Below, piece after piece: positions 1 to 9,061 of a DNA stretch of 64,000 nucleotides. The DNA lies in the NCBI GenBank assembly GCA_963777125.1, contig CAVZPN010000016.1, forward strand, positions 295 to 64,294, written 5' to 3'. The DNA is from an uncultured archaeon (GTDB lineage Archaea > Nanobdellota > Nanobdellia > Woesearchaeales > UBA9642). How positions within the stretch are numbered: the first letter of the stretch is position 1; every line of letters starts with the position of its first letter. The notes under the pieces are model-generated. The model saw nothing but the letters and a program-made list of their open reading frames with translations, did no database searches and was not told the DNA's origin. The translations under genes and the position numbers were made by a program.

Positions 1-1
1 A

Positions 2-148
2 GAGTTCGGAATTGAGTATAATATTGAAAAAACATATATTTTAATGGAAAATCTTTTAGCTAGAAAAGTCAATCATGCTCAATTACAGGAATTTAAGTCA
101 GAAATAAAGAAATTCAGCGAATTAGTGGACGCTAGAAAAAAAGGATAA
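2..148 (+). CDS. 3' end of a hypothetical protein truncated by the window edge
   Basis: Frame 2 is open from base 2 to TAA 146-148 (EFGIEYNIEK...DARKKG*). Confidence 0.55.
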   Translation, partial: EFGIEYNIEKTYILMENLLARKVNHAQLQEFKSEIKKFSELVDARKKG

Positions 149-356
149 GACATTAATACTATCTAAACAACATACTCAAAAATCACTTGATTATTTTTCC
201 ACAAAACTCCAAAAACTTTTCGGAAAATCCTAAGAGAAGCATATAAAAAATATCGCGTTCTTAAAAAAATAGGTTTTTTAGTTACTCTCGACAAATTCGT
301 AAATCTTCCGAAAATATCGCCCGAAGACTTATTAAGAAGTTAATCTTATCGAATAT

Positions 357-1562
357 ATGATTCTAATAGAAATCCTACTCGCAATAATTCTAGGAATTCT
401 AACAGGAATAGTTTCTGGCTTAACTCCAGGTATTCATATTAATATGATTTCGCTTCTGGTATTAAGTTTAAGTGTATTCGTTGCAGAACATTTTGGAGTA
501 AGTTATCTAACTCTTGGAGCATATATTATTGTTGTTGGTGTAGTTCATACATATCTTGATGCAATTCCCTCAATATTTCTTGGAGCGCCAGATGAAAATA
601 CTATTTTAGGAGTACTTCCTGGCCATAGGTATTTACTTCGAGGAAATGGCCTAATGGCAGTAAAATTATTTACTATTGGTTCATTTTTTGGCCTAATTCT
701 TGGAATTATTCTTTTCCCATTACTATATTTAATAACTAAATACACATATCATAGTTTAGAAAAGTATTTTGCAATAATATTAATTGCATCATGTATTTTT
801 ATGCTTTATCGTGATAATAAAAAATTTTGGGCAATAACTATTTTTGTAATTAGTGCAATTTTAGGCTTAACGGTATTTAGCATTCATATGAAAGATCCGT
901 TGTTTCCAATGCTTTCAGGACTTTTTGGCATATCGACATTATTAATTAGTTTAAATGATAATAATATAATCCCAAAACAAAACAATGAAACCCATACTAA
1001 ACTCGAATATAAAAAAACTTTTTTAAGTTTAATTGCAGGAAATATTTCAGCATTTATTGTCTCGACTTTTCCAGGTCTTTCCAGTAGCATTGCAGCAGTT
1101 ATGAGTGTACAATTTTTTAAAGATTTAGGCGATAAAGGATTTATGATATTAATGGGATGTATTGGAACATCTAGTTTTATATTAAGTTTAGTTGCACTAT
1201 ACACCATAGATAAAGCAAGAAATGGTGCAGTGATTGTAATTGCAAAATTGCTTCCAGAAATTACACTAAATATAATAATAATATTTCTAATAGTTGCATT
1301 AATTGCAGGCGCAATTGCAACAATATTAACATTATGGTTCGGTAGAATATTTTCTAAGATGATATCGAAAGTCAATTATAAATTATTAGTCATTAGTATA
1401 ATTGTGTTTGTAACAATACTCGTTATAATTATGACTTCTTGGATTGGATTAATTGTATTAATAACGTCAACTGCCATAGGATTACTTCCAGGAGTTGTTA
1501 AAGTTCAAAGAACACAAAGCATGGCCTGTTTAATAGTTCCAGTTATATTATATTTAATATAA
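357..1562 (+). CDS. Tripartite tricarboxylate transporter TctA-like (DUF112) permease
   Basis: Polytopic membrane protein with the motifs GLTPGIH, IPSIFLGAP and LPGHRYLLRG typical of archaeal TctA/DUF112 proteins. Confidence 0.8.
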   Translation: MILIEILLAIILGILTGIVSGLTPGIHINMISLLVLSLSVFVAEHFGVSYLTLGAYIIVVGVVHTYLDAIPSIFLGAPDENTILGVLPGHRYLLRGNGLMAVKLFTIGSFFGLILGIILFPLLYLITKYTYHSLEKYFAIILIASCIFMLYRDNKKFWAITIFVISAILGLTVFSIHMKDPLFPMLSGLFGISTLLISLNDNNIIPKQNNETHTKLEYKKTFLSLIAGNISAFIVSTFPGLSSSIAAVMSVQFFKDLGDKGFMILMGCIGTSSFILSLVALYTIDKARNGAVIVIAKLLPEITLNIIIIFLIVALIAGAIATILTLWFGRIFSKMISKVNYKLLVISIIVFVTILVIIMTSWIGLIVLITSTAIGLLPGVVKVQRTQSMACLIVPVILYLI

Positions 1563-1623
1563 AAATAACATTATATACGCTAACTGCATAAATATTCAAC
1601 AGAAACAGCAGCATCAGTAGTTT

Positions 1624-1911
1624 TTAATCAAATTTAGAATTAATATATTTTATATTAGCCTTATTCCATTTCATCAATTTAAGAGTTGTTTCAAGTTCAG
1701 AAATTTTATCTTTATCAGTAATTCCCTCAAGATCTACAGTTACATGAAGCTTATGTCGATTTAATAATTGTTTACCTTCATTTGTGCTATTGAAAAAAGA
1801 ATATAATTCTTGAACTTTTTTAAAATAACCAATATATTTTTTTGTACCCGGACGATCTTCTAACAAAAGATCGTGCGTAATAGTATTATAAGATATTTGT
1901 ATTGCTCGCAT
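1624..1911 (-). CDS. Hypothetical protein
   Basis: 95-aa ORF starting 4 bp after the upstream gene's stop; probably co-transcribed. Confidence 0.55.
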   Translation of the reverse strand: MRAIQISYNTITHDLLLEDRPGTKKYIGYFKKVQELYSFFNSTNEGKQLLNRHKLHVTVDLEGITDKDKISELETTLKLMKWNKANIKYINSKFD

Positions 1912-1915
1912 ATTT

Positions 1916-2671
1916 TCAACTCTTATTTTTAGTATTTTTTAATAAAGATAAATCGTATAATCTGATTACATCGGTTAAATTGGATATGTTCATTGATTCG
2001 ATATTTTGAAATTTTGTTTCTGTACTATAATATTGGGCTAAATCATCTCCAGTATAACCATTACACATAACAGCATATCTACTCCAAGAATCATTACATT
2101 GATTTATATAAAAACCACCTTTATTGTCAAAAGCCAATATCAGTTCCAAATCTACACCTTTAACATTTTGATTTCCATGGTCAGCACATATTTCTATAGC
2201 AACTGATTTGCCATTAATATTCATAAAATTTTTAGCACTATCTCCACGTTTATATATAGCTTTTCTTCCAATCTTTTCACCATATAACTTTGCACTAACT
2301 CCTTCAGTAACATCACGTTCTTTATGAAACTCATCAATTAAAGAACCGTTTTTATATACAGGAACTGATGAAAATGCATAATCATTTTCTTCTTTATTTT
2401 TTTGATACCAAAACATAGAGCCTGATATTAAAAAAGTTTGAGGAATTTTTTTACTCAAAGATTTTAATTTTTTTAGTACGTCTTGTCGTTCTTGCATAGT
2501 ATTAGGTCTATTTTCTTGCATAGCATCTTTAGTTACAAGACCATAATCCGGACCAATAATCACATCAGGAATAATCTTATTTTCTAAAAGCGAGATTATA
2601 CTTGTATCTAACTGTGTCAAATATTGTTCTGACCCCGAATAACTATTATGATTAACTACTCCTACAATCAT
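1916..2671 (-). CDS. Carbon-nitrogen hydrolase (nitrilase superfamily)-like protein
   Basis: DVIIGPDY (Glu site, here Asp), FHKER (Lys) and VAIEICADH (nucleophilic Cys) occur in the expected order. Confidence 0.6.
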   Translation of the reverse strand: MIVGVVNHNSYSGSEQYLTQLDTSIISLLENKIIPDVIIGPDYGLVTKDAMQENRPNTMQERQDVLKKLKSLSKKIPQTFLISGSMFWYQKNKEENDYAFSSVPVYKNGSLIDEFHKERDVTEGVSAKLYGEKIGRKAIYKRGDSAKNFMNINGKSVAIEICADHGNQNVKGVDLELILAFDNKGGFYINQCNDSWSRYAVMCNGYTGDDLAQYYSTETKFQNIESMNISNLTDVIRLYDLSLLKNTKNKS

Positions 2672-2877
2672 ATTATAATAAAAGTAAACGCATTTATAAA
2701 GGTTACGATAATATACTACTGCTTAGTAACAATATATAGGATTTATGCTGTACAAATAAGACTATATCGAAAATCCTAATAATTATTAAAACAATATAAT
2801 TTATAAATCATAACTACTTCCCAGGAGTACTTCAATAAGGCGCACAATATAAGTGCTAATAAAAAAGATTGAACACC

Positions 2878-3504
2878 ATGGTACAAAACAACGATCTTAA
2901 ACTAATAATAGATAAAACATCGACAACAAAAAACGATACGCTTAGAACTAATACTCCAAAATATATTATCTTACATTCAACACAAAATTATTCTACATTC
3001 GAATTATTATATAATCTTCATGTAAAAAAATACCAATGGAATGGCGTCGGTTATCATATATTTATTTCAAAAGATAATGCATACAAAGCAAGAGAATATG
3101 CTCTAGAAGGAGCACACTGTTTAGGACTAAATTTTAGCTCCATAGGAATTTGCGTATATTCTAACAACCATAACCCCGGTATCAATGATTTAAATATAAC
3201 AAAAAAAATCATCGAAGATATACGAGTACAATATGGGCCATTACAAGTACTATCACACACTTTAGCACAATTAAGATATATAAAAAAATTATCCGATAAA
3301 AAAGGATTTAAATTAGACGTTCAAGATAAAATAGAATTATGTTCTAACGCAGAATTTCTAGATATAGCAAAACAAGTACATAATTTTTCAGAAAGAAATA
3401 ATTTAAAAAAATACAATTACTTAGAATCACTAATTAAAAGCTTCAAAAATTGTCCTGGCGAAGAATTCTACGAATTCATAAATGAATTAAATAAAAATGA
3501 CTAA
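2878..3504 (+). CDS. N-acetylmuramoyl-L-alanine amidase (Amidase_2 / T7 lysozyme / PGRP-like)
   Basis: YIILHST, WNGVGYHIFI, GAHCLGLNFSSIGIC, SH...KNCPG provide the Zn-ligand His/His/Cys and the Tyr and Lys. ATG 2878 chosen (track uses TTG 2869). Overlaps the next gene. Confidence 0.8.
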   Translation: MVQNNDLKLIIDKTSTTKNDTLRTNTPKYIILHSTQNYSTFELLYNLHVKKYQWNGVGYHIFISKDNAYKAREYALEGAHCLGLNFSSIGICVYSNNHNPGINDLNITKKIIEDIRVQYGPLQVLSHTLAQLRYIKKLSDKKGFKLDVQDKIELCSNAEFLDIAKQVHNFSERNNLKKYNYLESLIKSFKNCPGEEFYEFINELNKND

Positions 3505-4792
3505 ACAAAAATATATAGGCATAGAGAATGAATTAATAAGTTTTGATGAGTCAAAAGAAGTTTCGTTTAGAAGTGTTGATTTAGAAAAAGTTCGTAATGA
3601 GATAAAGTATTATTTGCCTGAAGACTATAATGACTCTTTAAAATCAGATAGCGGAAATCTATATTATATTGATTGTTGTGAAATAGAAATAGCAACTCCA
3701 CCAATTCCATTAAACAAAGGTTTTGCAACAAGAGTAACTAATTCGTTAATTATTGGAAGAAACCAAATTATAAAAAATACGCCAGATATAAAACATACTG
3801 GTTATTCAATGCATTGGAATTTAACAGCTTCAGATGATGCTGATTCATTTTATGAAGATATCGCAATTCCATTTCAATTATTTGGTTTAACACCAATGTC
3901 TTGCGGTTGTAACGTCAACAGTAAAGATCCTAATAGATTTGAAATTGCTGGCGACTCATTAACTAATGAAGATCAAATACGAGCTACAGCATTACTACTT
4001 GGAGCATATAGTTTAGCTAAAGATAAATATGATTTTCCAATAGAGATATATGAAATTAAATTACGCAAATTAGAAGAAGGACATAAAACAAGACATATGT
4101 TAAAAAATGGTAGATACACAACAGTAAATGCAAGAGAACGTACGAATATAAACGATCTGATTTATTTTAACGAAACGCAAATTCAAAATATCATAGAATT
4201 ATTTTATGATTGGTTAAGTCCATTCGTATACAAACTCGGAGAAAGAGAAGAAATAAACAATTTAGAAGCATTCATTAAAGGTGATAAAAAACTTGAAATG
4301 GATGATGTAAAATATTTTTATAAATTAGAAAAAGAAGATAACATTCTTACAGATGATGCAAAATTTTCAGGCAAGTATAAACCCATAGATATACCTACTC
4401 CATCAAATACACGTAGTCAAGTTATTAAATTAAGTGATAACATTAAAATGCCTTTAGAAGGAAGAATATGGCAAAAAAGTATAAATAATAAAAAATTTGA
4501 AATATTTAATAAAACTATAGACTGGCACATTTTAGAAGCAAAAATAAACAATACTTTTCAACATGCGCATAACATAGAAGAAGTATATATAATTCTAGAA
4601 AAAGCATCTAAATTAAAATATAAAGGAACATTAGATTACTCGAACATAATACCCGAAATTCGTACTAGCGCGCAATATAATAGAAGACTCATCAATAATA
4701 AATTAGAATATAATCCTGGCTTAGATGATTCAGCAATAATAGAAGATAATGAAGAATTCAATAATTACCTAACTGAAAGAAAAACCACCTAG
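3497..4792 (+). CDS. PafA/Dop-like carboxylate-amine ligase fold protein, paralogue 1
   Basis: GIENE, GNLYYIDCCEIEIATP, TGYSMHWNL and RFEIAGDSL are collinear with the PafA motifs GIETE, GARLYLD..HPEYAT, SYGCHENY and RLHVIVGDSN. Confidence 0.7.
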   Translation: MTKQKYIGIENELISFDESKEVSFRSVDLEKVRNEIKYYLPEDYNDSLKSDSGNLYYIDCCEIEIATPPIPLNKGFATRVTNSLIIGRNQIIKNTPDIKHTGYSMHWNLTASDDADSFYEDIAIPFQLFGLTPMSCGCNVNSKDPNRFEIAGDSLTNEDQIRATALLLGAYSLAKDKYDFPIEIYEIKLRKLEEGHKTRHMLKNGRYTTVNARERTNINDLIYFNETQIQNIIELFYDWLSPFVYKLGEREEINNLEAFIKGDKKLEMDDVKYFYKLEKEDNILTDDAKFSGKYKPIDIPTPSNTRSQVIKLSDNIKMPLEGRIWQKSINNKKFEIFNKTIDWHILEAKINNTFQHAHNIEEVYIILEKASKLKYKGTLDYSNIIPEIRTSAQYNRRLINNKLEYNPGLDDSAIIEDNEEFNNYLTERKTT

Positions 4793-4822
4793 ATACAAAA
4801 TATAATAATATCTACTACACAA

Positions 4823-6160
4823 ATGATTGAACAAAAATATATTGGAATAGAGAACGAATTAATAAGTTACAAACATAACAAAATTGTTCCATTTGATGAG
4901 TCATATTTAAAAAAAATAGTTAAGAATGCTAAATATTTGGAAAATAATGATTATGATTGCATATGGTCAGAAATAAGCAATTTATATTACGTGGATTGTT
5001 GTGAAATAGAAATAGCAACTCCACCAATTCCATTAAACAAAGGTTTTGCAACAAGAGTAACTAATTCGTTAATTATTGGAAGAAACCAAATCATAAAAAA
5101 TACTCCACATATGAAACATACAGGATATTCAATGCATTGGAATCTAACAAGACCAGAAAATAAACGTACACAAACATATGGTGAAGGCATTGCTATTCCC
5201 TTTCAATTATTTGGCCTAACACCAACATCATGCGGATTTAGTATTAAAAAAAAATCCGAAGGCGCAAGATTTGAAATTGCTGGCGATTCATTAACTAACG
5301 AAGATCAAATACAAGCTACAGCATTATTACTAGGAGCATATAATTTAGCTTCCGAAAAATATGATTTTCCAATTAATATATTAGAAGTGATGAATAATGT
5401 AGAACCTGATTCAACAATAGAACACATGTTAAAATTAGGAAGAAACACCATAATTAATACTTCTGAAAAAATTTCATCAAAGCATAATCAAGAATATGAT
5501 CTATTACGAAAAGAAACTTCAGTTCAGAATATATTAGAAATATTTTATGAATGGTTAAGTCCATTCGTATACAAACTCGGAGAAAGAGAAGAAGTACGCA
5601 ACTTAGAAGCATTCATTAAAGGAGATAAAAAACTCGAAATAGATGATATAAAATATTTTTACATGGTAAGAAAGAAGGGAGAAGAATTCTTTAATAAACA
5701 TGCTGATAAAATTAAAGATAGATTTGAATTGCAAGAATATGATTCTAAAATATATCAACCAGTAAACATACAAACACTACAAGGTAAACGTAGCACAATA
5801 TTAAAAGTCAATAATGATATTAAAATTCCTCTTGAAGGAAAATTATGGCAAAAAAGCATGAATACTGAAGGATTTGAAGTAACATATAGATCTGAGGAAT
5901 GGGATAGACTAGATGCAAAAATTAACAAAAAATCACATAGTGCTTATAGTATACATAATATCTATAAACTTTTAGAGTCAGTTTCAAAAATAAAATATAA
6001 GGGAAGCTGCGATTGTTCAAATATTGAACCAAAGATAATCACACAAGAACAATATACTAAAATAATAAATAATAAAACACCATTTGCTGTAGATAATTCA
6101 GCAATAATAAAAGATACTGAAGAATTCAATAATTATCTTATAGAAAAACTAACCAATTAA
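4823..6160 (+). CDS. PafA/Dop-like ligase fold protein, paralogue 2
   Basis: Same motif set; DNA blocks identical to paralogue 1. Confidence 0.7.
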   Translation: MIEQKYIGIENELISYKHNKIVPFDESYLKKIVKNAKYLENNDYDCIWSEISNLYYVDCCEIEIATPPIPLNKGFATRVTNSLIIGRNQIIKNTPHMKHTGYSMHWNLTRPENKRTQTYGEGIAIPFQLFGLTPTSCGFSIKKKSEGARFEIAGDSLTNEDQIQATALLLGAYNLASEKYDFPINILEVMNNVEPDSTIEHMLKLGRNTIINTSEKISSKHNQEYDLLRKETSVQNILEIFYEWLSPFVYKLGEREEVRNLEAFIKGDKKLEIDDIKYFYMVRKKGEEFFNKHADKIKDRFELQEYDSKIYQPVNIQTLQGKRSTILKVNNDIKIPLEGKLWQKSMNTEGFEVTYRSEEWDRLDAKINKKSHSAYSIHNIYKLLESVSKIKYKGSCDCSNIEPKIITQEQYTKIINNKTPFAVDNSAIIKDTEEFNNYLIEKLTN

Positions 6161-6193
6161 ATAAAAAACAGCGCTAAACAAATAATAACACAA

Positions 6194-7555
6194 ATGACTA
6201 AACAAAAATATATTGGAATAGAGAACGAATTAAAGAGTTTTTATAATAATAAAATTGTTCCGTTTAATATGACGGGCCTCAGAAAAATAGTCAGAAATAC
6301 TAAATATATTGAAAATACAGATTATGAACTTATGTGGTCAGAAGTGAATAATTTATACTATATTGATGGTTGTGAAATAGAGATAGCTACACCACCAATT
6401 CCATTAAACAAAGGTTTTGCAACAAGAGTAACTAATTCGTTAATTATTGGAAGAAATCAAATTATAAAAAATACGCCACATATGAAACATACGGGTTATT
6501 CGATGCATTGGAATTTAACAAGACCTGCATATAATCGCACCAACATATATGGTGAAGGCATTGCTATTCCCTTTCAATTATTTGGCCTAACACCAACATC
6601 ATGCGGATTTAACATACAACAAAAATCCTCAGGCACAAGATTTGAAATTGCTGGCGATTCATTAACTAACAAAGATCAAATACAAGCTACAGCATTACTA
6701 CTCGGAGCATATAATTTAGCTAAAGAAGAACATGATTTTCCAATAATTATACCTCAAGTAAGTAATAGTTTAAAATCAGGCAGGTCAATACAACATATGT
6801 TAAAGCTCGGAAGAGATACTATCGTTAATACTTATGAAAAATTCCCATTAAGTAAAAATCAGATAAATTATTTTCCAGAGATAACTTCACAAAAAGAAAC
6901 TTCAGTTCAGAATATATTAGAATTATTTTATCAATGGTTAAGTCCATTCGTATACAAACTCGGAGAAAGAGAAGAGATAAACAATCTAGAAGCATTCGTA
7001 AAAGGAGAAAAAAAGCTAGAAATTGATGATATAAAATATTTTTACATGCTAGAAAAAAAAGGAGAAGAATTTGTTAACGAATACACAGGAGAAAATAGTT
7101 ACAGATATGATTCTAAAGTATATAGACCTGTAAACATACAAACACCGCATAACAAACGTAGCCCAGTATTAAAATTAAATAATAAAGCTAAAATTCCTAT
7201 AGAAGGACAACTATGGCAAAAAATAATGAATACAAAAGGAATTAAGATAACATACAAATCCGAAGATTGGGATGGATTAAAAATTCTACTTAATAAAAAA
7301 TTACGTGAAGCATATAGCATAGATGAAATATATGAGCTCTTAGAATCAGTTTCGCAAACCAAATATAACAAAAGTTTAGATTGTTTAAATATCAAACCAA
7401 ATACAATTACGCAAGAACAATACACTAAAATAATCAATAAACAAACACAATTTAACACAGATAAAGATACATCAGCAATAATACCCGAGATAAATAGGGC
7501 TCAATTTGAGGAATACATAGATAACTTAAACATAATATATGGATACAGTAAATAA
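6194..7555 (+). CDS. PafA/Dop-like ligase fold protein, paralogue 3
   Basis: Same motif set (GIENE, YYIDGCEIEIATP, MHWNL, RFEIAGDS). Confidence 0.7.
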   Translation: MTKQKYIGIENELKSFYNNKIVPFNMTGLRKIVRNTKYIENTDYELMWSEVNNLYYIDGCEIEIATPPIPLNKGFATRVTNSLIIGRNQIIKNTPHMKHTGYSMHWNLTRPAYNRTNIYGEGIAIPFQLFGLTPTSCGFNIQQKSSGTRFEIAGDSLTNKDQIQATALLLGAYNLAKEEHDFPIIIPQVSNSLKSGRSIQHMLKLGRDTIVNTYEKFPLSKNQINYFPEITSQKETSVQNILELFYQWLSPFVYKLGEREEINNLEAFVKGEKKLEIDDIKYFYMLEKKGEEFVNEYTGENSYRYDSKVYRPVNIQTPHNKRSPVLKLNNKAKIPIEGQLWQKIMNTKGIKITYKSEDWDGLKILLNKKLREAYSIDEIYELLESVSQTKYNKSLDCLNIKPNTITQEQYTKIINKQTQFNTDKDTSAIIPEINRAQFEEYIDNLNIIYGYSK

Positions 7556-7584
7556 TACTAAGCTAATTAACACATTAATTAAAT

Positions 7585-7656
7585 AATATTTATAATAAAA
7601 ATAATTAAACACATAATAACACAAATGACTAAACAAAAATATATTGGAATAGAGAA
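7585..7656 (+). repeat. 72-bp exact direct repeat, copy 1 (5' junction of paralogue 4)
   Basis: AATATTTATAATAAAAATAATTAAACACATAATAACACAAATGACTAAACAAAAATATATTGGAATAGAGAA, identical to 8990-9061. Confidence 0.9.
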
Positions 7657-8986
7657 CGAATTGATAAGTTTTCATAACAACAGAGAAGTACCATTTAATA
7701 ATACGCGTCTTAAACAACTAGTTAAAAATACTAAATATTATGAAACTAAGCGCTTTAATTACATCTGGTCAGAAATAGGAAACCTCTATTATATAGATAC
7801 TGATGAAATAGAAATAGCAACTCCGCCAATTCCATTAAACAAAGGTTTTGCAACAAGAGTAACTAATTCATTAATTATTGGAAGAAACCAAATCATAAAA
7901 AACACACCACATATGAAACATACAGGATATTCAATGCATTGGAATCTAACAAGACCTGAAAATAGTCATACTAAAGTATATGCTGAAGGCATTGCTATTC
8001 CTTTCCAATTATTTGGCCTAACACCAACATCGTGCGGATTTAACATAAAACAAAAAACAGGCGGTAAAAGATTTGAAATTGCTGGCGATTCATTAACTAA
8101 TGAAGATCAAATACAAGCTACAGCATTATTACTCGGAGCATATAATATGGCTTCTGAAAAATATTGTTTCCCTACAATTATACCTACACTTAAAAATAAA
8201 TTAAAAGAAGCAAGTTCAACTGATCACATGTTAAGATTTGGAAGAAATACTATGATAAATACATATAAAAACTTCCCAATAACGAATTATCAATCGCAAA
8301 ATCCAATAGAAAACACTTCACAAAAAAAGACTTCAGTTCAAAACATATTAGAATTATTTTATGAATGGTTAAGCCCGTTCGTATACAAACTCGGAGAAAG
8401 AGAAGAAATAAACAATTTGGAAGCATTCATTAAAGGAGAGAAAAGACTCGAAATTGATGATATAAAATATTTTTATATGCTGGAAAAAAAAGGAGAAGAA
8501 TTCTTTAACGAATATAACGGAGAAAATGGCCATGGATATAATTCTAAAGTATATAGACCTGTAAACATACAAACGCAACATGGCAAACGTAGCCCGGTAT
8601 TAAAATTAAATAATAAAGTTAAAATTTCTCTAGAAGGACAACTATGGCAAAAAAGCATGAATACTGCAGGTTTTAAAATAATAAATAGAACGCTAGATTG
8701 GAATACAATAGAAACTAAAATAAATAATAAATCACAAAATACCCATAGTTTAGACGAAGCATATGTACTTTTAGAATCAGTTTCACAAATAAAACATCGT
8801 GGAAGTGTAGACTGCTCAAATATTGAACCCAATACAATTACACAAAAACAGTACACTAAAATGCTCAATAAACAAATAGTATTTGATGCAAATAAAGATG
8901 ATTCAGCAATAATTGTAAGCAAAGATGCACCTGAATTTAATAATTATATCAAGTGCATAAAAAAAGTATATGGCCATATTTATTAA
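7625..8986 (+). CDS. PafA/Dop-like ligase fold protein, paralogue 4
   Basis: Same motif set (GIENE, YYIDTDEIEIATP, MHWNL, RFEIAGDS). Confidence 0.7.
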   Translation: MTKQKYIGIENELISFHNNREVPFNNTRLKQLVKNTKYYETKRFNYIWSEIGNLYYIDTDEIEIATPPIPLNKGFATRVTNSLIIGRNQIIKNTPHMKHTGYSMHWNLTRPENSHTKVYAEGIAIPFQLFGLTPTSCGFNIKQKTGGKRFEIAGDSLTNEDQIQATALLLGAYNMASEKYCFPTIIPTLKNKLKEASSTDHMLRFGRNTMINTYKNFPITNYQSQNPIENTSQKKTSVQNILELFYEWLSPFVYKLGEREEINNLEAFIKGEKRLEIDDIKYFYMLEKKGEEFFNEYNGENGHGYNSKVYRPVNIQTQHGKRSPVLKLNNKVKISLEGQLWQKSMNTAGFKIINRTLDWNTIETKINNKSQNTHSLDEAYVLLESVSQIKHRGSVDCSNIEPNTITQKQYTKMLNKQIVFDANKDDSAIIVSKDAPEFNNYIKCIKKVYGHIY

Positions 8987-8989
8987 AAA

Positions 8990-9061
8990 AATATTTATAA
9001 TAAAAATAATTAAACACATAATAACACAAATGACTAAACAAAAATATATTGGAATAGAGAA
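8990..9061 (+). repeat. 72-bp exact direct repeat, copy 2 (5' junction of paralogue 5)
   Basis: Identical to 7585-7656. Confidence 0.9.

Noticed and set aside
8970-9029. N-terminal extension MAIFIKK... of paralogue 5 in the ORF track
   Set aside because: It overlaps paralogue 4 and corresponds to the duplicated intergenic sequence; ATG 9030 matches the other paralogue starts.
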